Virus record (IMG/VR): IMGVR_UViG_3300048636_000181
Location: 1-54,112 of that record
DNA: 54,112 nt
Source of the DNA: a virus
Taxonomy: Duplodnaviria > Caudoviricetes
Strand: one strand, 5' to 3'
Shown here: positions 34,967 through 44,614 of the stretch, piece by piece
Numbering within the stretch: the stretch's first letter is position 1
Layout: each line of letters starts with the position of its first letter
Program-made: the position numbers and the translations under genes
Notes under the pieces: generated by a model
What the model was told of the DNA's origin: nothing
Seen by the model: only the letters and a program-made list of their open reading frames with translations
Databases searched by the model: none

Positions 34967-35434
34967 ATGACCGCAACACCTTGGATCGCTTACGGCCATG
35001 CCGTTGAACAAATCTGGAAAGGCGGCATCGACGTTGAGAATGACTCGTTCCGTATGGTCCTTGTCGGCTCCGGGTATACCCCGAACCAGCTGACCGACGA
35101 CGCATGGTCCGATGTCTCGGCCAACGAGATCGCGAACGGCAACGGCTACGCCACTCACGGTAAGGCAGTCGATCTGGCTGTCACGCGGGCGGGGCTGGTC
35201 ATAAAGGTCGATACCGCAGATCAGACGTGGGCGGATTCGACTTTCACGGTCAAATACGCCGTCATCGTACGCGACGCCGACGGGAACGGCGCCCTCGCCG
35301 CGGGCGACATTCCGCTCTGCTACTGCCAACTTCTGACCGAAGCTCCGCAGACCCTTTCGCCGAGCAACGGTCCGTTGACCGTCACCATCGACGCTGATGG
35401 CGTCATGGGCGAAACGATCGCCGCCGCTCCGTAA
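34967..35434 (+). CDS. virion structural protein (putative head fibre module)
   Basis: AAGGAG RBS; beta-rich; 'DVSANEIANGNGYATHG'. Confidence 0.6.
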   Translation: MTATPWIAYGHAVEQIWKGGIDVENDSFRMVLVGSGYTPNQLTDDAWSDVSANEIANGNGYATHGKAVDLAVTRAGLVIKVDTADQTWADSTFTVKYAVIVRDADGNGALAAGDIPLCYCQLLTEAPQTLSPSNGPLTVTIDADGVMGETIAAAP

Positions 35435-37200
35435 TGAGCACCGAAGGTCGCACCCTTGTCTCGTCCAGTCAGGCGCCAGCGACGGGGATGCACTCCGCCG
35501 CTCTGCTGCCGGGGTTGGGTGCGAATGCTCAATTTACCGTGTTCTTTGGGTTCAAGGACCCCGGTGGAAACAGCAACAATACGATGTGGGCCGACGACAA
35601 TGGCGGGTGTCAGGTCTGGATCAACTCGTCGAACGGGCGGCTCTATGCCAGATATGCCGGGTCGAGTAGCGGGCCTTATATTCAATACACCGTCGGCGAA
35701 TGGTGCTTTGCAGCGATTCAAATGGGCCTCGACATCAGCGGCGTGAATGACGTCGTGATGGAGGGGTACGCGGTTGGTGGTATTGGCTACGAGACCGGCG
35801 AGGGTAATACGTCGAGCAGCGGCGGACCTCGGATCGAATCGACCAGCCGCCATTACGCCCTTGGTGATGATGCTGGCGAGGCATTCACAGACGACGGTAC
35901 CGAGGTCAAGGCATTCGGCCTTACGCTTCTTGAGGGGCTTTGGACGCTCGACCAGCTTGGATTTAACACGGCGACAGGTCAGGCTAAGAACTTCGACCCC
36001 GACGCCGAAGCCGCAATCATCTATACCTTCCGGGGTAAAGTATCTCCCGGAAACGATGATTCGGGCAACGGGAACCACTTCGTCATCGAGAATGGCGGTG
36101 TGGTACTTGATGAGGCCGATCTCCCTCCCGGAGTCAGCCTCCCATCGGTCGGGGGCGAGGGGGCAGATGCTGCTCCCGCTGCCGCCTCGTCCTCGATCGC
36201 TGGTTATGCGCCCTCGGCGCGCGCCGGAGCCTCAGTCACGCCTGTCGCCGCTCTCTCGGCGCTGAGCGGGCTGCCGCCTGTAGTATCCGCAGGCGAATCC
36301 GCACAGGCAGCCCCTACCCCGGCGCTCTCCGTGCTGACGGGGTTGCCGCCTACGGTATCCGCTGGCAAGTCCGCACTGGCCGCGCCTGCCGCCGCTCTCT
36401 CCGCACTAGCCGGGATTTTGGTACAATCTTCGGCGGGGGCGACCGGCGTTCCGACGCCTGCGCTCAGCGCAATTCAAGGTCATGGGATCGTCGCCTCGGT
36501 CGGCGCTCTCGCTTCAATTCCGGTGGGATCATTGCTGCTGGCAGGCGCCGCGGTTGAAATCTCTTCCGGTTCGATGTCGGCTCCCTCTGCTGGTGTGGGG
36601 ACGCTGACAGGGTACGCCCCCGGTGTGATCTCCTCGGTCTCGTCCTCGCCGGGGGCTGCCCTACTTTCCCTTCAAGGCTACGCGCCCCTAGTCTCGGTGA
36701 CTGTCGGGATCGTGGCTTACCCCGCCTCGGCTATTTCTATACTGGCTGGTGCTGCCCCCGAAGCCTCGGCGGGGGCCGCGGCTGCTCCTTCCTTCGGGCA
36801 GAGCGAAGTGTCGGGGTATGTTTCCGGCGCAAGTTCTGGGGCCGCGGTTTCCCCGTCCGTGGCGCTGCTCACCGGGGAAGGTTTAGCTCCGCTTGTGACC
36901 GCCGCGGTGGGTATTGTCGCTGCTCCCGGCCCCTCGGGATCGACAATTGAGGGGGAAATGCCTTCGATTAGCTCCGGGTCGGTCGTTTTTACTGGGTATG
37001 CGAGTTCGCTTATTCAGGGCTTCGCTCCTTCGGTCGTTTCTCGTATTGCGGATACTCCAGATTGGCGAATGGTGGCTATCCCGGCTGAGGACCGCATGGT
37101 CGGGATTCCGGACGAGCCGCGTAGCGTGGCGGTTGCAAATGAAGATAGAGCTGTCGCGGTAGCCTATGAGGACCGCACGGTCGCGGTGGAGGCTGCATAA
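35434..37200 (+). CDS. putative head fibre: lectin-like N-terminal domain plus Ala/Ser/Gly/Pro repeat shaft
   Basis: About 20-22-aa repeats 'PxxALSxLxGxxPxVSAG'; five 9-aa C-terminal repeats 'RxVAVxxED'. Confidence 0.55.
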   Translation: MSTEGRTLVSSSQAPATGMHSAALLPGLGANAQFTVFFGFKDPGGNSNNTMWADDNGGCQVWINSSNGRLYARYAGSSSGPYIQYTVGEWCFAAIQMGLDISGVNDVVMEGYAVGGIGYETGEGNTSSSGGPRIESTSRHYALGDDAGEAFTDDGTEVKAFGLTLLEGLWTLDQLGFNTATGQAKNFDPDAEAAIIYTFRGKVSPGNDDSGNGNHFVIENGGVVLDEADLPPGVSLPSVGGEGADAAPAAASSSIAGYAPSARAGASVTPVAALSALSGLPPVVSAGESAQAAPTPALSVLTGLPPTVSAGKSALAAPAAALSALAGILVQSSAGATGVPTPALSAIQGHGIVASVGALASIPVGSLLLAGAAVEISSGSMSAPSAGVGTLTGYAPGVISSVSSSPGAALLSLQGYAPLVSVTVGIVAYPASAISILAGAAPEASAGAAAAPSFGQSEVSGYVSGASSGAAVSPSVALLTGEGLAPLVTAAVGIVAAPGPSGSTIEGEMPSISSGSVVFTGYASSLIQGFAPSVVSRIADTPDWRMVAIPAEDRMVGIPDEPRSVAVANEDRAVAVAYEDRTVAVEAA

Positions 37201-37475
37201 TGGCTGATAAATGGCCTGACAAAGATCCTGACGATACGCTCGATTTCGCAGTCGACTGGTCGGAATGGCTGGGCGATGACGTGATCGCCTCCGTCGATTG
37301 GGCGGCCGATAAAGTTGGCCTCTCTTTCGAAGAGCAGACCAATGCTAACGGAGTTGCGACTGTCTGGCTTTCGGCTGGCACGCTCGGCGAAACCTATAGG
37401 GTCACTTGCCAGATCACGACTGAAGCCGGACGCATCCGCTCTCATACCGAGAAGCTGAAGATTAAGGAAAAGTGA
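37200..37475 (+). CDS. small fibre adaptor-like structural protein
   Basis: 'KDPDDTLDFAVDWSEWL', 'ATVWLSAGTLG.TYRVTC.ITT..GR'. Confidence 0.6.
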   Translation: MADKWPDKDPDDTLDFAVDWSEWLGDDVIASVDWAADKVGLSFEEQTNANGVATVWLSAGTLGETYRVTCQITTEAGRIRSHTEKLKIKEK

Positions 37476-37476
37476 T

Positions 37477-38628
37477 ATGACACGTTTTGAAGACGGCGTC
37501 ACGATCGCCGGTACTCGGAAGAATAGCGAAGGCTACCTGATCGCGGATGCCAAAGTCGTTCGTACCGGAGTTCAGAAATACTATGGGAAGGAACTCGGCC
37601 TTGCCGATGATCACCCGGACGTCATGAAACTGTTCTCCGTATATCGGTCTGAGGCTGAAGTTCGCAATGTCGATAGCCTCAAGACTTTCTCTCACGCGCC
37701 GGTGACCATCGGGCACCCTGACGAGGACGTCTCGGCAATCAACTGGAAAGATCTTGCCAAGGGCGAGGTGAGTACCGAGGCTCGGTGGGAAGACAACCAT
37801 ATTCGCCTGCCTCTGATCTTGAAGGATTCCGAAGCGATCGACCTTGTCGAAACGCAAGGCGTTCGAGACTTGAGTGCCGGCTACCGAGCCGAGATCGTGT
37901 TCGTGGACGGGGTCACGCCGGACGGCGAGGAATACCAAGCCGAGCAACGAAACATCCGGATCAACCATGTGGCAATTGTGCCGCAAGGGCGGGCCGGTTC
38001 AGCCCGGATCGGGGACAAAGCCCCGGCCGGAAACTGGGGCGCCGTGCCCTTCACAGACAAGGAGAAACCCATGTCGAATCAGCAGACCATCGTCTTCGAC
38101 GGTATCTCGATCCCGGTCACGGATCAGGCCGCTCAGGCGATCACCAAGATGCAGGACGCCAATAAGTCGCTGCAAACCAAGCTCGACGACGCTGAAGCCC
38201 GTCACACCAAAGAGCTTGCCACCAAAGATGAGCGCATCGGCGAGCTCGAAGTCGAGAACAAGAAGCTGAAAGACAGCCAGCTCGACGACAAGGCCATCGA
38301 CCGTAAGGTGCAGGATCGCATCGCTCTGGTCGACGCAGCCCGCGCCGTCGACAAGGACGTCAAAGTCGAGGGCATCTCCGATGCTGACATCCGGCGGGCC
38401 GTCGTCTCGAAAGTCATGGGCGCCGAGGCGATCAATGACGCGAACGACGACATGGTCCGCGGCATGTTCAAAGCCGTCACCGCCGAGGCGGTCAAGGACG
38501 CCGGCCGCGATCCGCTGGTCCGTGGCCTTGGCGGCTCCGCTCCGACCGTTCCGGTCTCGGATGCCGAGGCCGAAGACAAGGCCTACCTCGCCTCCGTCGC
38601 CGACCTGAACCGCGCTCCCGCGGCCTGA
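37477..38628 (+). CDS. DUF2213 head maturation protease/scaffold
   Basis: 'RTGVQKY', 'PVTIGHP', 'LSAGY', 'NHVAIVPQGRAG'; coiled-coil C-terminal half. Confidence 0.85.
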   Translation: MTRFEDGVTIAGTRKNSEGYLIADAKVVRTGVQKYYGKELGLADDHPDVMKLFSVYRSEAEVRNVDSLKTFSHAPVTIGHPDEDVSAINWKDLAKGEVSTEARWEDNHIRLPLILKDSEAIDLVETQGVRDLSAGYRAEIVFVDGVTPDGEEYQAEQRNIRINHVAIVPQGRAGSARIGDKAPAGNWGAVPFTDKEKPMSNQQTIVFDGISIPVTDQAAQAITKMQDANKSLQTKLDDAEARHTKELATKDERIGELEVENKKLKDSQLDDKAIDRKVQDRIALVDAARAVDKDVKVEGISDADIRRAVVSKVMGAEAINDANDDMVRGMFKAVTAEAVKDAGRDPLVRGLGGSAPTVPVSDAEAEDKAYLASVADLNRAPAA

Positions 38629-38690
38629 TAACCGGGTAGGCCTCTCGGCCTCCCCTCCTCCTCATGAAGCCCTAACCACGGAGGTCCACA

Positions 38691-39131
38691 ATGGATCCGC
38701 TTCAGACAAACTACTCCGCGACGATGGACCGCTGGATTGAGGGCATGGTCCTCAATTCCGAGCACCAGAATCGCATCTCGCGCACGATCGAAACCGCGGC
38801 CGGCATCGGCTTCGGCAAGGTCGCCTGCCGGGGCACGCAGGATAACACCTGCAAAGTCTCGGCCGCTTCCGCCAAGCCGCTCGGCATCACCATTCTCGAC
38901 CGGACGCAGGGTACCGAAGACAAGTACCCGCAATACGCGACCGTGGCGATCATGGAGAAGGGTGTCGTGGTCTGCCAAGCGTCCGTCGCTGTGGCGCAAG
39001 GCGATCCCGTCTACTTCGTCCCGGCGACCGGCGTGCTGACGAACGCCGACACCGGCAACATCGCCATCCCGAACGCCGTGTGGGACACCTCCACTTCCGG
39101 CGCAGGCCTCGCCGCCGTCCGGCTCAAGTAA
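38691..39131 (+). CDS. capsid decoration/cement protein
   Basis: 146 aa between the scaffold and the major capsid gene; 'IGFGKV', 'VAQGDPVY'. Confidence 0.75.
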   Translation: MDPLQTNYSATMDRWIEGMVLNSEHQNRISRTIETAAGIGFGKVACRGTQDNTCKVSAASAKPLGITILDRTQGTEDKYPQYATVAIMEKGVVVCQASVAVAQGDPVYFVPATGVLTNADTGNIAIPNAVWDTSTSGAGLAAVRLK

Positions 39132-39174
39132 GCCCCGGCAAACCGCAGGCAAGAACCCTTAACAGGAGAATACG

Positions 39175-40125
39175 ATGAATAAGCCCCTTCGCATGATGGA
39201 TGCTCAGGTTGCGCTTGCCTATGCGGTAAGCCAAGCGTCCCGCATCCACCCGACGGTGTACCAGAAGAAGTACGCGCCGATTCGCTACCGCGGTCTGGTT
39301 CCCGTCGATACCACCGGTCCCGAGTGGATCAAATCCATCACCTACTTCTCGATGGATCAGGTCGGTCAGGCCGAATGGATGAACGCGGCGGCCGATGATG
39401 TCCCGCATGTCGAGCTGCTCTCGGACCGGACGCAAACCGAGGTCCACATGGCCGCCATCGGCTATGGCTGGAACATCGAAGAGCTGGCACAGGCTCAGAT
39501 GCTCGGCGTCGACCTGAGCAACCGCAAGGCCATGGCCGCGCGGCGTGCTTCCGAAGAAAAGATCGACGCGGTCGCCTTCGCCGGCGCCCCGGAGAAGGGC
39601 CTGTACGGTATCATCAACCAGCCGAACGTCACGGCCACCGATGCTGCCGCGACCGGTTCGGGGTCGGCGACCGAATGGGACACCAAGACCCCCGATGCCA
39701 TGCTGGGCGACGTGAACGGGATTCTCACCGGTCAGTTCATCACGACGCAGCAGGCAGAAATGGCCGACACGCTGCTTCTCCCCTACACCCAGATGCACTA
39801 CATCGGCACCAAGCGTATCTCGGAATACTCCGAGAAGACGGTGCTCGATTGGATTCGGACGAACAACGTCTATACGATGGAGACGGGGCAGCCCCTCACC
39901 ATCCGCGGACTGCGTGAACTCGAAGGTCAGGGTGACGGCGGGACCGACCGGATGGTCGCCTACCGGAACGATGTGGAAGTTCTGCGGCTGAACATGCCGA
40001 TGCCCTTCCGCTTCTTCCCTGTCTGGCAGGCCGGCCCGTTCCGCTACGAGGTGCCCGGCGCCTTCCGTATCGGCGGCGTCGATGTCTCGCTCCCGCAGGC
40101 CATGCGGTACCTCGACGGGATCTGA
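39175..40125 (+). CDS. major capsid protein (DUF2184, HK97 fold)
   Basis: 'IGYGWNIEEL', 'GLYGIINQPNV', 'DRMVAY', 'MRYLDGI'. Confidence 0.9.
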   Translation: MNKPLRMMDAQVALAYAVSQASRIHPTVYQKKYAPIRYRGLVPVDTTGPEWIKSITYFSMDQVGQAEWMNAAADDVPHVELLSDRTQTEVHMAAIGYGWNIEELAQAQMLGVDLSNRKAMAARRASEEKIDAVAFAGAPEKGLYGIINQPNVTATDAAATGSGSATEWDTKTPDAMLGDVNGILTGQFITTQQAEMADTLLLPYTQMHYIGTKRISEYSEKTVLDWIRTNNVYTMETGQPLTIRGLRELEGQGDGGTDRMVAYRNDVEVLRLNMPMPFRFFPVWQAGPFRYEVPGAFRIGGVDVSLPQAMRYLDGI

Positions 40126-40134
40126 TCCTGTTCT

Positions 40135-40165
40135 AGCCTCGCCGGTATGAGATCGGCGAGGCTTC
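40135..40165 (+). terminator. stem-loop after the major capsid gene (poor U-tract)
   Basis: AGCCTCGCCGGT-ATGAG-ATCGGCGAGGCT. Confidence 0.45.
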
Positions 40166-40190
40166 ACGTCATTCAATGGGAGTAGCCGTC

Positions 40191-40667
40191 ATGCAGAAGG
40201 CAAAGGGCACCTTCACCAACCATTTCACCGGGGGAATCGGGGTAATCGACGCCGAGATCAACCGGACCCGAGTTCTGCAGAAAGGGCAGAGCTTCAAGGG
40301 CACCATCCTGCTCACGAAGCCGACCGGCGCTCGTCTGGAATCGGGGAAGCTTTCCGCCTCGAAAGATACCGCAGTTATCGAGGACGAGGCGGACGAGGAA
40401 GAACCGAAGAGCGAGTCGCCGCCTGCCCCCGGTAAGGTCATCCCGGCCCCGCCGCCTCCGCCTCCGGCGCCGCCTGCCCCCGAGCCGACCGATGAGGAGA
40501 ACGCCCGTAAGGAAGTTCTCCGTAATCTGGCAAGTTCGATGGATGAAGGCGACTTCACCACGGACGGCCGGCCGAACCTCGACGCCCTGAACGCGAAAGC
40601 CGGAACCGAAGTTCCGCACTTCACGGTCGAAGAGCGGGACAAGCTCTGGAAAGAGCTGTCGAAATAA
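40191..40667 (+). CDS. hypothetical protein with Pro-rich linker
   Basis: Follows the major capsid gene; C-terminal 'DFTTDGRPNLDALN...ERDKLW' module. Confidence 0.65.
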   Translation: MQKAKGTFTNHFTGGIGVIDAEINRTRVLQKGQSFKGTILLTKPTGARLESGKLSASKDTAVIEDEADEEEPKSESPPAPGKVIPAPPPPPPAPPAPEPTDEENARKEVLRNLASSMDEGDFTTDGRPNLDALNAKAGTEVPHFTVEERDKLWKELSK

Positions 40668-40722
40668 CTTCACTCACTCTCTCAGGGGCGCTAGTTCGCC
40701 CCTGAGCTAGACGCTAGGAGCA

Positions 40723-41118
40723 GTGATGTACGGTACCCTTGAAGACTGGATTGCATTTGCCCTTGCCCGCGGCAATGAGGCAGTAGAAGATGCTGACGAA
40801 GAAGTAGCCACGGCAGCTCTCGTCCGGGCATCGGACTACATTAAATATACCTACGTCGTCCATTTCTCCGGCGTAGCCGATACCATCCCGGAGGTCGAGG
40901 AAGCTACATATCATGCCGCCGCGCTAGAGCTGACCTCCCCCGGGTTCTTCTCCAAAACCTACACCGCTTCTCAAACTAAAGTCCTCACGGCTGTGGAGGG
41001 CATCAAATGGACCCCGGTAGCCTCGGGAGAGAAGAATTTGTATGCCCCTAAATCGACCCTTATTGAGTCGATGCTTGGCCGCTTTGTCGGGTCGCGAGTT
41101 GGGGCGCTGTGGGTATGA
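40723..41118 (+). CDS. head-tail adaptor
   Basis: 'YGT...AFALARG', 'AALVRASDYI', 'VEEATYHAAALEL'. Confidence 0.75.
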   Translation: MMYGTLEDWIAFALARGNEAVEDADEEVATAALVRASDYIKYTYVVHFSGVADTIPEVEEATYHAAALELTSPGFFSKTYTASQTKVLTAVEGIKWTPVASGEKNLYAPKSTLIESMLGRFVGSRVGALWV

Positions 41119-41483
41119 CTGAGGCAGAGTGGGAAGCTGTAGCTGCCGAAGTCCTCGAAGGTCTCCGCGAAGCCGGGACTATCGGGTATCTTGTATTGCC
41201 GGGCGAGCGCATCGGTCCCGAGGATAACCCGACTGTGGGTGAAGGGTCGGAAGCTGCTCGCCAAGTTCTCTACTCGAAATGGAACAGTCGTGAAATCGAC
41301 GGGTCGCTTATCAAGGCGACTGACCTCAAAGTTCTAATGGCGGCCGAGCCGGGCAAACCGGACCCTGAAGTTGATTGGACTTATCGCCAAGCCCCCGGTG
41401 GCCGTAGCCTTCAAATCGTTCCTCCTCTGGTTCGCGTGGCTCCGGCGGGTACTCCTGTCCTCTATATCCTGAATGTGAGATAA
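41115..41483 (+). CDS. head closure/stopper protein
   Basis: 'EIDGSLIKATD.KVL', 'PAGTPVLYILNVR'. Confidence 0.7.
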   Translation: MTEAEWEAVAAEVLEGLREAGTIGYLVLPGERIGPEDNPTVGEGSEAARQVLYSKWNSREIDGSLIKATDLKVLMAAEPGKPDPEVDWTYRQAPGGRSLQIVPPLVRVAPAGTPVLYILNVR

Positions 41484-41486
41484 CCA

Positions 41487-42521
41487 GTGGCTGTTAAGAA
41501 AGACACCCGTAGCATGATCGAGCGCTTGACCTCGCCGTACCCTTCGGCGCTGGCTCAAGCGTTTTTGCGGGCTGTCGATAACATTCGTAGCGAGGCCGTT
41601 CTTAAGCAAATTGAACAAGCGATCCTCGACGGAGACGGTGCCAAGCTAGGCCGAATCCTTGAGTTCTCAGATTCGGAGACTGCGATTCTCGGTGAGCAAG
41701 TGCAACGCGCCTTCTCGGCCGGGGCTGAGTTCGAGTCAGCTAAAGTACCGGTCGCGACATTTAAGTTCAATGGGATCAACCCGCGAGCAGTAAATGCCGT
41801 TGCGAGAACCGCGGCCCAACTCGTGACAAGAATCAATGAAGGTCAGCGCGACGCCGTTGTCGAAGTAATGCGCCAAGGAATGATTGCGAATCAGAACCCT
41901 CGGCAGGTCGCTCTCGATATTGTCGGCAGAGTAAATGCCGCTACCGGACGCCGCTCAGGGGGTCTGATCGGTCTAAACGGCCCTCAGATTCGGGCTTCAT
42001 ATGACATGCGTCGCGCCCTGAAAGAAGGCGACCTTACCGCCTATAAAGCGAAGGGTCTTCGAGACAAGCGTTTCGATCGTATGGTCGAGAAAGCAGTCGC
42101 AGCTGGTAAGCCATTGCCCGTCGAAAAGCAAATACAGATCGTTGCCCGGTATCGGTCTAAGCTACTCAAGCTTCGGGGAGACACGATTGGTCGCGAGGCT
42201 ATCGGTCACCTGAATGCCGGCCGGCAAGAGGCCATCGAGCAGGTCATCGATCGCGGACTTGCCGCAGAGCAAGACGTCGATTTCATTTGGAACTCTTCAG
42301 GCGGCCCCCGTACCCGCGACACCCACGCTGCGATGGATGGGCAAAAGCGGAAGCGGGACGAAGTCTTCGTCAGTCCAAGTGGGGCGCGGCTCAAAGCGCC
42401 ACATGACACCACTCACGGTGCTGGGCCGGAAGAGACGATCAACTGTCGCTGCTGGATGGAAACTCGGATTGATTTCATTGCGGCGCGGCTTCGCGCTCGG
42501 AGAGAAGCGGAACGGCTCTGA
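41487..42521 (+). CDS. minor head protein (Mu gpF/SPP1 gp7-like)
   Basis: 'W.SSG..RTRDTH..MDGQ', 'P.ETINCRC'. Confidence 0.8.
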   Translation: MAVKKDTRSMIERLTSPYPSALAQAFLRAVDNIRSEAVLKQIEQAILDGDGAKLGRILEFSDSETAILGEQVQRAFSAGAEFESAKVPVATFKFNGINPRAVNAVARTAAQLVTRINEGQRDAVVEVMRQGMIANQNPRQVALDIVGRVNAATGRRSGGLIGLNGPQIRASYDMRRALKEGDLTAYKAKGLRDKRFDRMVEKAVAAGKPLPVEKQIQIVARYRSKLLKLRGDTIGREAIGHLNAGRQEAIEQVIDRGLAAEQDVDFIWNSSGGPRTRDTHAAMDGQKRKRDEVFVSPSGARLKAPHDTTHGAGPEETINCRCWMETRIDFIAARLRARREAERL

Positions 42522-42538
42522 GAGGCCCGAAAATCTCC

Positions 42539-42580
42539 CCGAGAAAGGGGCTCCTCTTTCTTTCGGGAGGGGGAGGCCCC
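42539..42580 (+). repeat. conserved RNA hairpin, copy B
   Basis: CCGAGAAA GGGGCTCCTCTTTCT-TTCG-GGAGGGGGAGGCCCC. Confidence 0.7.
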
Positions 42581-42628
42581 ATAAAGGAGAGAAGCCCCTG
42601 AGAGGGCCGATTTTAGGGGCTATGGACC

Positions 42629-43057
42629 ATGGCGACTAAAACCTTCGAAGCCGACCTCGCAAGGTTCAGCGACCTTGCCATCGAAGACATCATGGCCTGT
42701 ATCAAGGCATCGACGCAGGATGTTCTAAGCGATGCTCAGACGCCAGTGGATAAAGGCGGTAACCTCCCGGTCGATACCGGGTACCTTCGAAACAGTCTTA
42801 TAACCGAACTCGTTGGTGGCACCTCCTTTCTTGGGGCCGCTTCTTACACAGCGGTACTCGCGGGGTGGCAGCCGGGGCAAGAGCTACAGTCCGGGTGGAT
42901 TGCTGAGTACGCCTTGCGCATTGAGTTCGGATTCCGCGGGGTCGATTCCAAGGGCCGGAAGTATAATCAGAAGCCGCGGTATTATCTCCGCCAAGCGGTT
43001 TCAAAATGGAATAAGCACATGCGGAAGAACGCAACCTTGCTGAGCAGGACGACATGA
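42629..43057 (+). CDS. HK97 gp10-like tail completion protein
   Basis: 'PVDTGYLRNS', 'YALRIEFG'. Confidence 0.8.
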   Translation: MATKTFEADLARFSDLAIEDIMACIKASTQDVLSDAQTPVDKGGNLPVDTGYLRNSLITELVGGTSFLGAASYTAVLAGWQPGQELQSGWIAEYALRIEFGFRGVDSKGRKYNQKPRYYLRQAVSKWNKHMRKNATLLSRTT

Positions 43058-43464
43058 GCACCGCAGCTATCTACGCAGGCGTCAGCGCCCTGATCCGGGA
43101 TAACTACCAGACGGCAGATTTCGGGCTTCCGACTGGCGAGCAGATTTCTGTAAACTGGACAAACGAGGCAGGGGATGAAGGACGATACCGGTTCGAGGTT
43201 CAAGACGGATTTTCGCAAGGCTCTCCGGTCGACCTTTCTGGTGCGTCAGATGAAATGGTTTACGTCCAAGTCGACTGTGTCGTCCCGGCGGGTGACTACT
43301 CGGCACGGGCGCGAGCGATGATGAACTGGCTTCAGGAGCTATTCTTCGCTGGGCGCCGCATCGCCGGCGGCACGGTGGCCGCAAAACCTTTCCCCGGTCC
43401 TCCGGACAATAACCAGTCCGAGTACTGGATTCCGGTAACCATAACAGTTCGTTCGGTGACATAA
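43054..43464 (+). CDS. tail terminator protein
   Basis: Position and size; 'WIPVTI' C-terminus. Confidence 0.6.
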   Translation: MSTAAIYAGVSALIRDNYQTADFGLPTGEQISVNWTNEAGDEGRYRFEVQDGFSQGSPVDLSGASDEMVYVQVDCVVPAGDYSARARAMMNWLQELFFAGRRIAGGTVAAKPFPGPPDNNQSEYWIPVTITVRSVT

Positions 43465-43476
43465 AGGAGTCCCTAA

Positions 43477-43707
43477 ATGACCGACGCAGCTAAGTCCAAA
43501 GACGTGAAGGTTCGCCCCCTCACTGTCGGCAACAAATCGCACCCCTACATTATCGTGAAGGGCGCGAAACCGGCGAAGGGCACGAACTATGAGTTCGATG
43601 CCGATAACGGCGTGACCTATACCGGCAAGGTCACGGACTCGACTGAAGCCAGCGATGGCACCATGATCGAGTTCGCGGACGGCCTCAAGGTCGTTCCGGC
43701 GAAGTAA
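43477..43707 (+). CDS. small hypothetical (structural?) protein
   Basis: AAGGAG RBS; beta-rich. Confidence 0.6.
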   Translation: MTDAAKSKDVKVRPLTVGNKSHPYIIVKGAKPAKGTNYEFDADNGVTYTGKVTDSTEASDGTMIEFADGLKVVPAK

Positions 43708-43733
43708 CCCGTCAACACAAAGGAGGCTTTCAC

Positions 43734-44195
43734 ATGGCCGACGGAGATACCTACATCGACCTTGGGCACAAGGTCTCTTTCGTGCAGGATACACCTGCAA
43801 CCTTCGACGAGACCGGGTTCTCGGCGCTGACCTACGTCCAGTTGAAGGGCGTTCTCAACGTCCCTGAAGATGGCGACAGCGCCGAGGACGTCAGCGAGCC
43901 GACTCTCGAAGATGGTCGCGTCGAGCACTTCTACGGGGCGCTCGACGGCGGTTCTATCGATGTGCCTTACAAGTTCATCGAAGGCGACGCCGGGCAAGCG
44001 CTCGTGAACATGGGCGTCGCGCGGGACTACAACGCTCCGTGGTCGTTCAAGTTCGAAGACCCGGACGGCACGGTCACCTACAAGTACGGGCGCCTCGGTC
44101 CGACTCGCCGCCGGGAACGCAGCCCGAACGCCTTCAAGGCTTTCATCCTCCCGATGGTCTTCAACAAGGCCGCGGTTGTGGTGGAGCCGGTCTGA
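43734..44195 (+). CDS. major tail tube protein
   Basis: AGGAGG RBS; 'PATFDETGFSALTY', 'G.LDGGS', 'DAGQAL'. Confidence 0.8.
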   Translation: MADGDTYIDLGHKVSFVQDTPATFDETGFSALTYVQLKGVLNVPEDGDSAEDVSEPTLEDGRVEHFYGALDGGSIDVPYKFIEGDAGQALVNMGVARDYNAPWSFKFEDPDGTVTYKYGRLGPTRRRERSPNAFKAFILPMVFNKAAVVVEPV

Positions 44196-44614
44196 TGAAG
44201 TTCGGTCAGTTCAGCACTAAGGAGGCGTCCGAAGTCGGGCGCCTCTGGAAAGTCCCGCACCTCGAAACCGGCGCGATCATGTATGAAACCGTCGTCGGTG
44301 AAGACGGAAAAGAGGCCAAGGAGCCGGTCGGTGTCTGGCTGCGCGGGATGGAAAGCGAAACCGTCAAGAAGGCCGTGCGTGCTCACCAGAAGCGCAACCT
44401 CTCGCAGGAGACTGAGGACGAGAAGAAGCAGCACGACTACTCGATCGCCGTTGCTCTCGTCGTCCGCTTCCAGCACATCCAGCACGATGACGGTCACCTG
44501 CTTCAGCCGACGCCCGAAGACATCGACTGGTTCTTCAGCCTCAGCTCCCATTTCGTCGCCGGGGCGATTAACTTCGCGCGTACGCCGGGAAACTTCATGG
44601 CCGTAGCGAGCTAG
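44195..44614 (+). CDS. tail assembly chaperone (gpG-like)
   Basis: Between tail tube and tape measure; ends near the slippery site GGGAAAC. Confidence 0.8.
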   Translation: MKFGQFSTKEASEVGRLWKVPHLETGAIMYETVVGEDGKEAKEPVGVWLRGMESETVKKAVRAHQKRNLSQETEDEKKQHDYSIAVALVVRFQHIQHDDGHLLQPTPEDIDWFFSLSSHFVAGAINFARTPGNFMAVAS

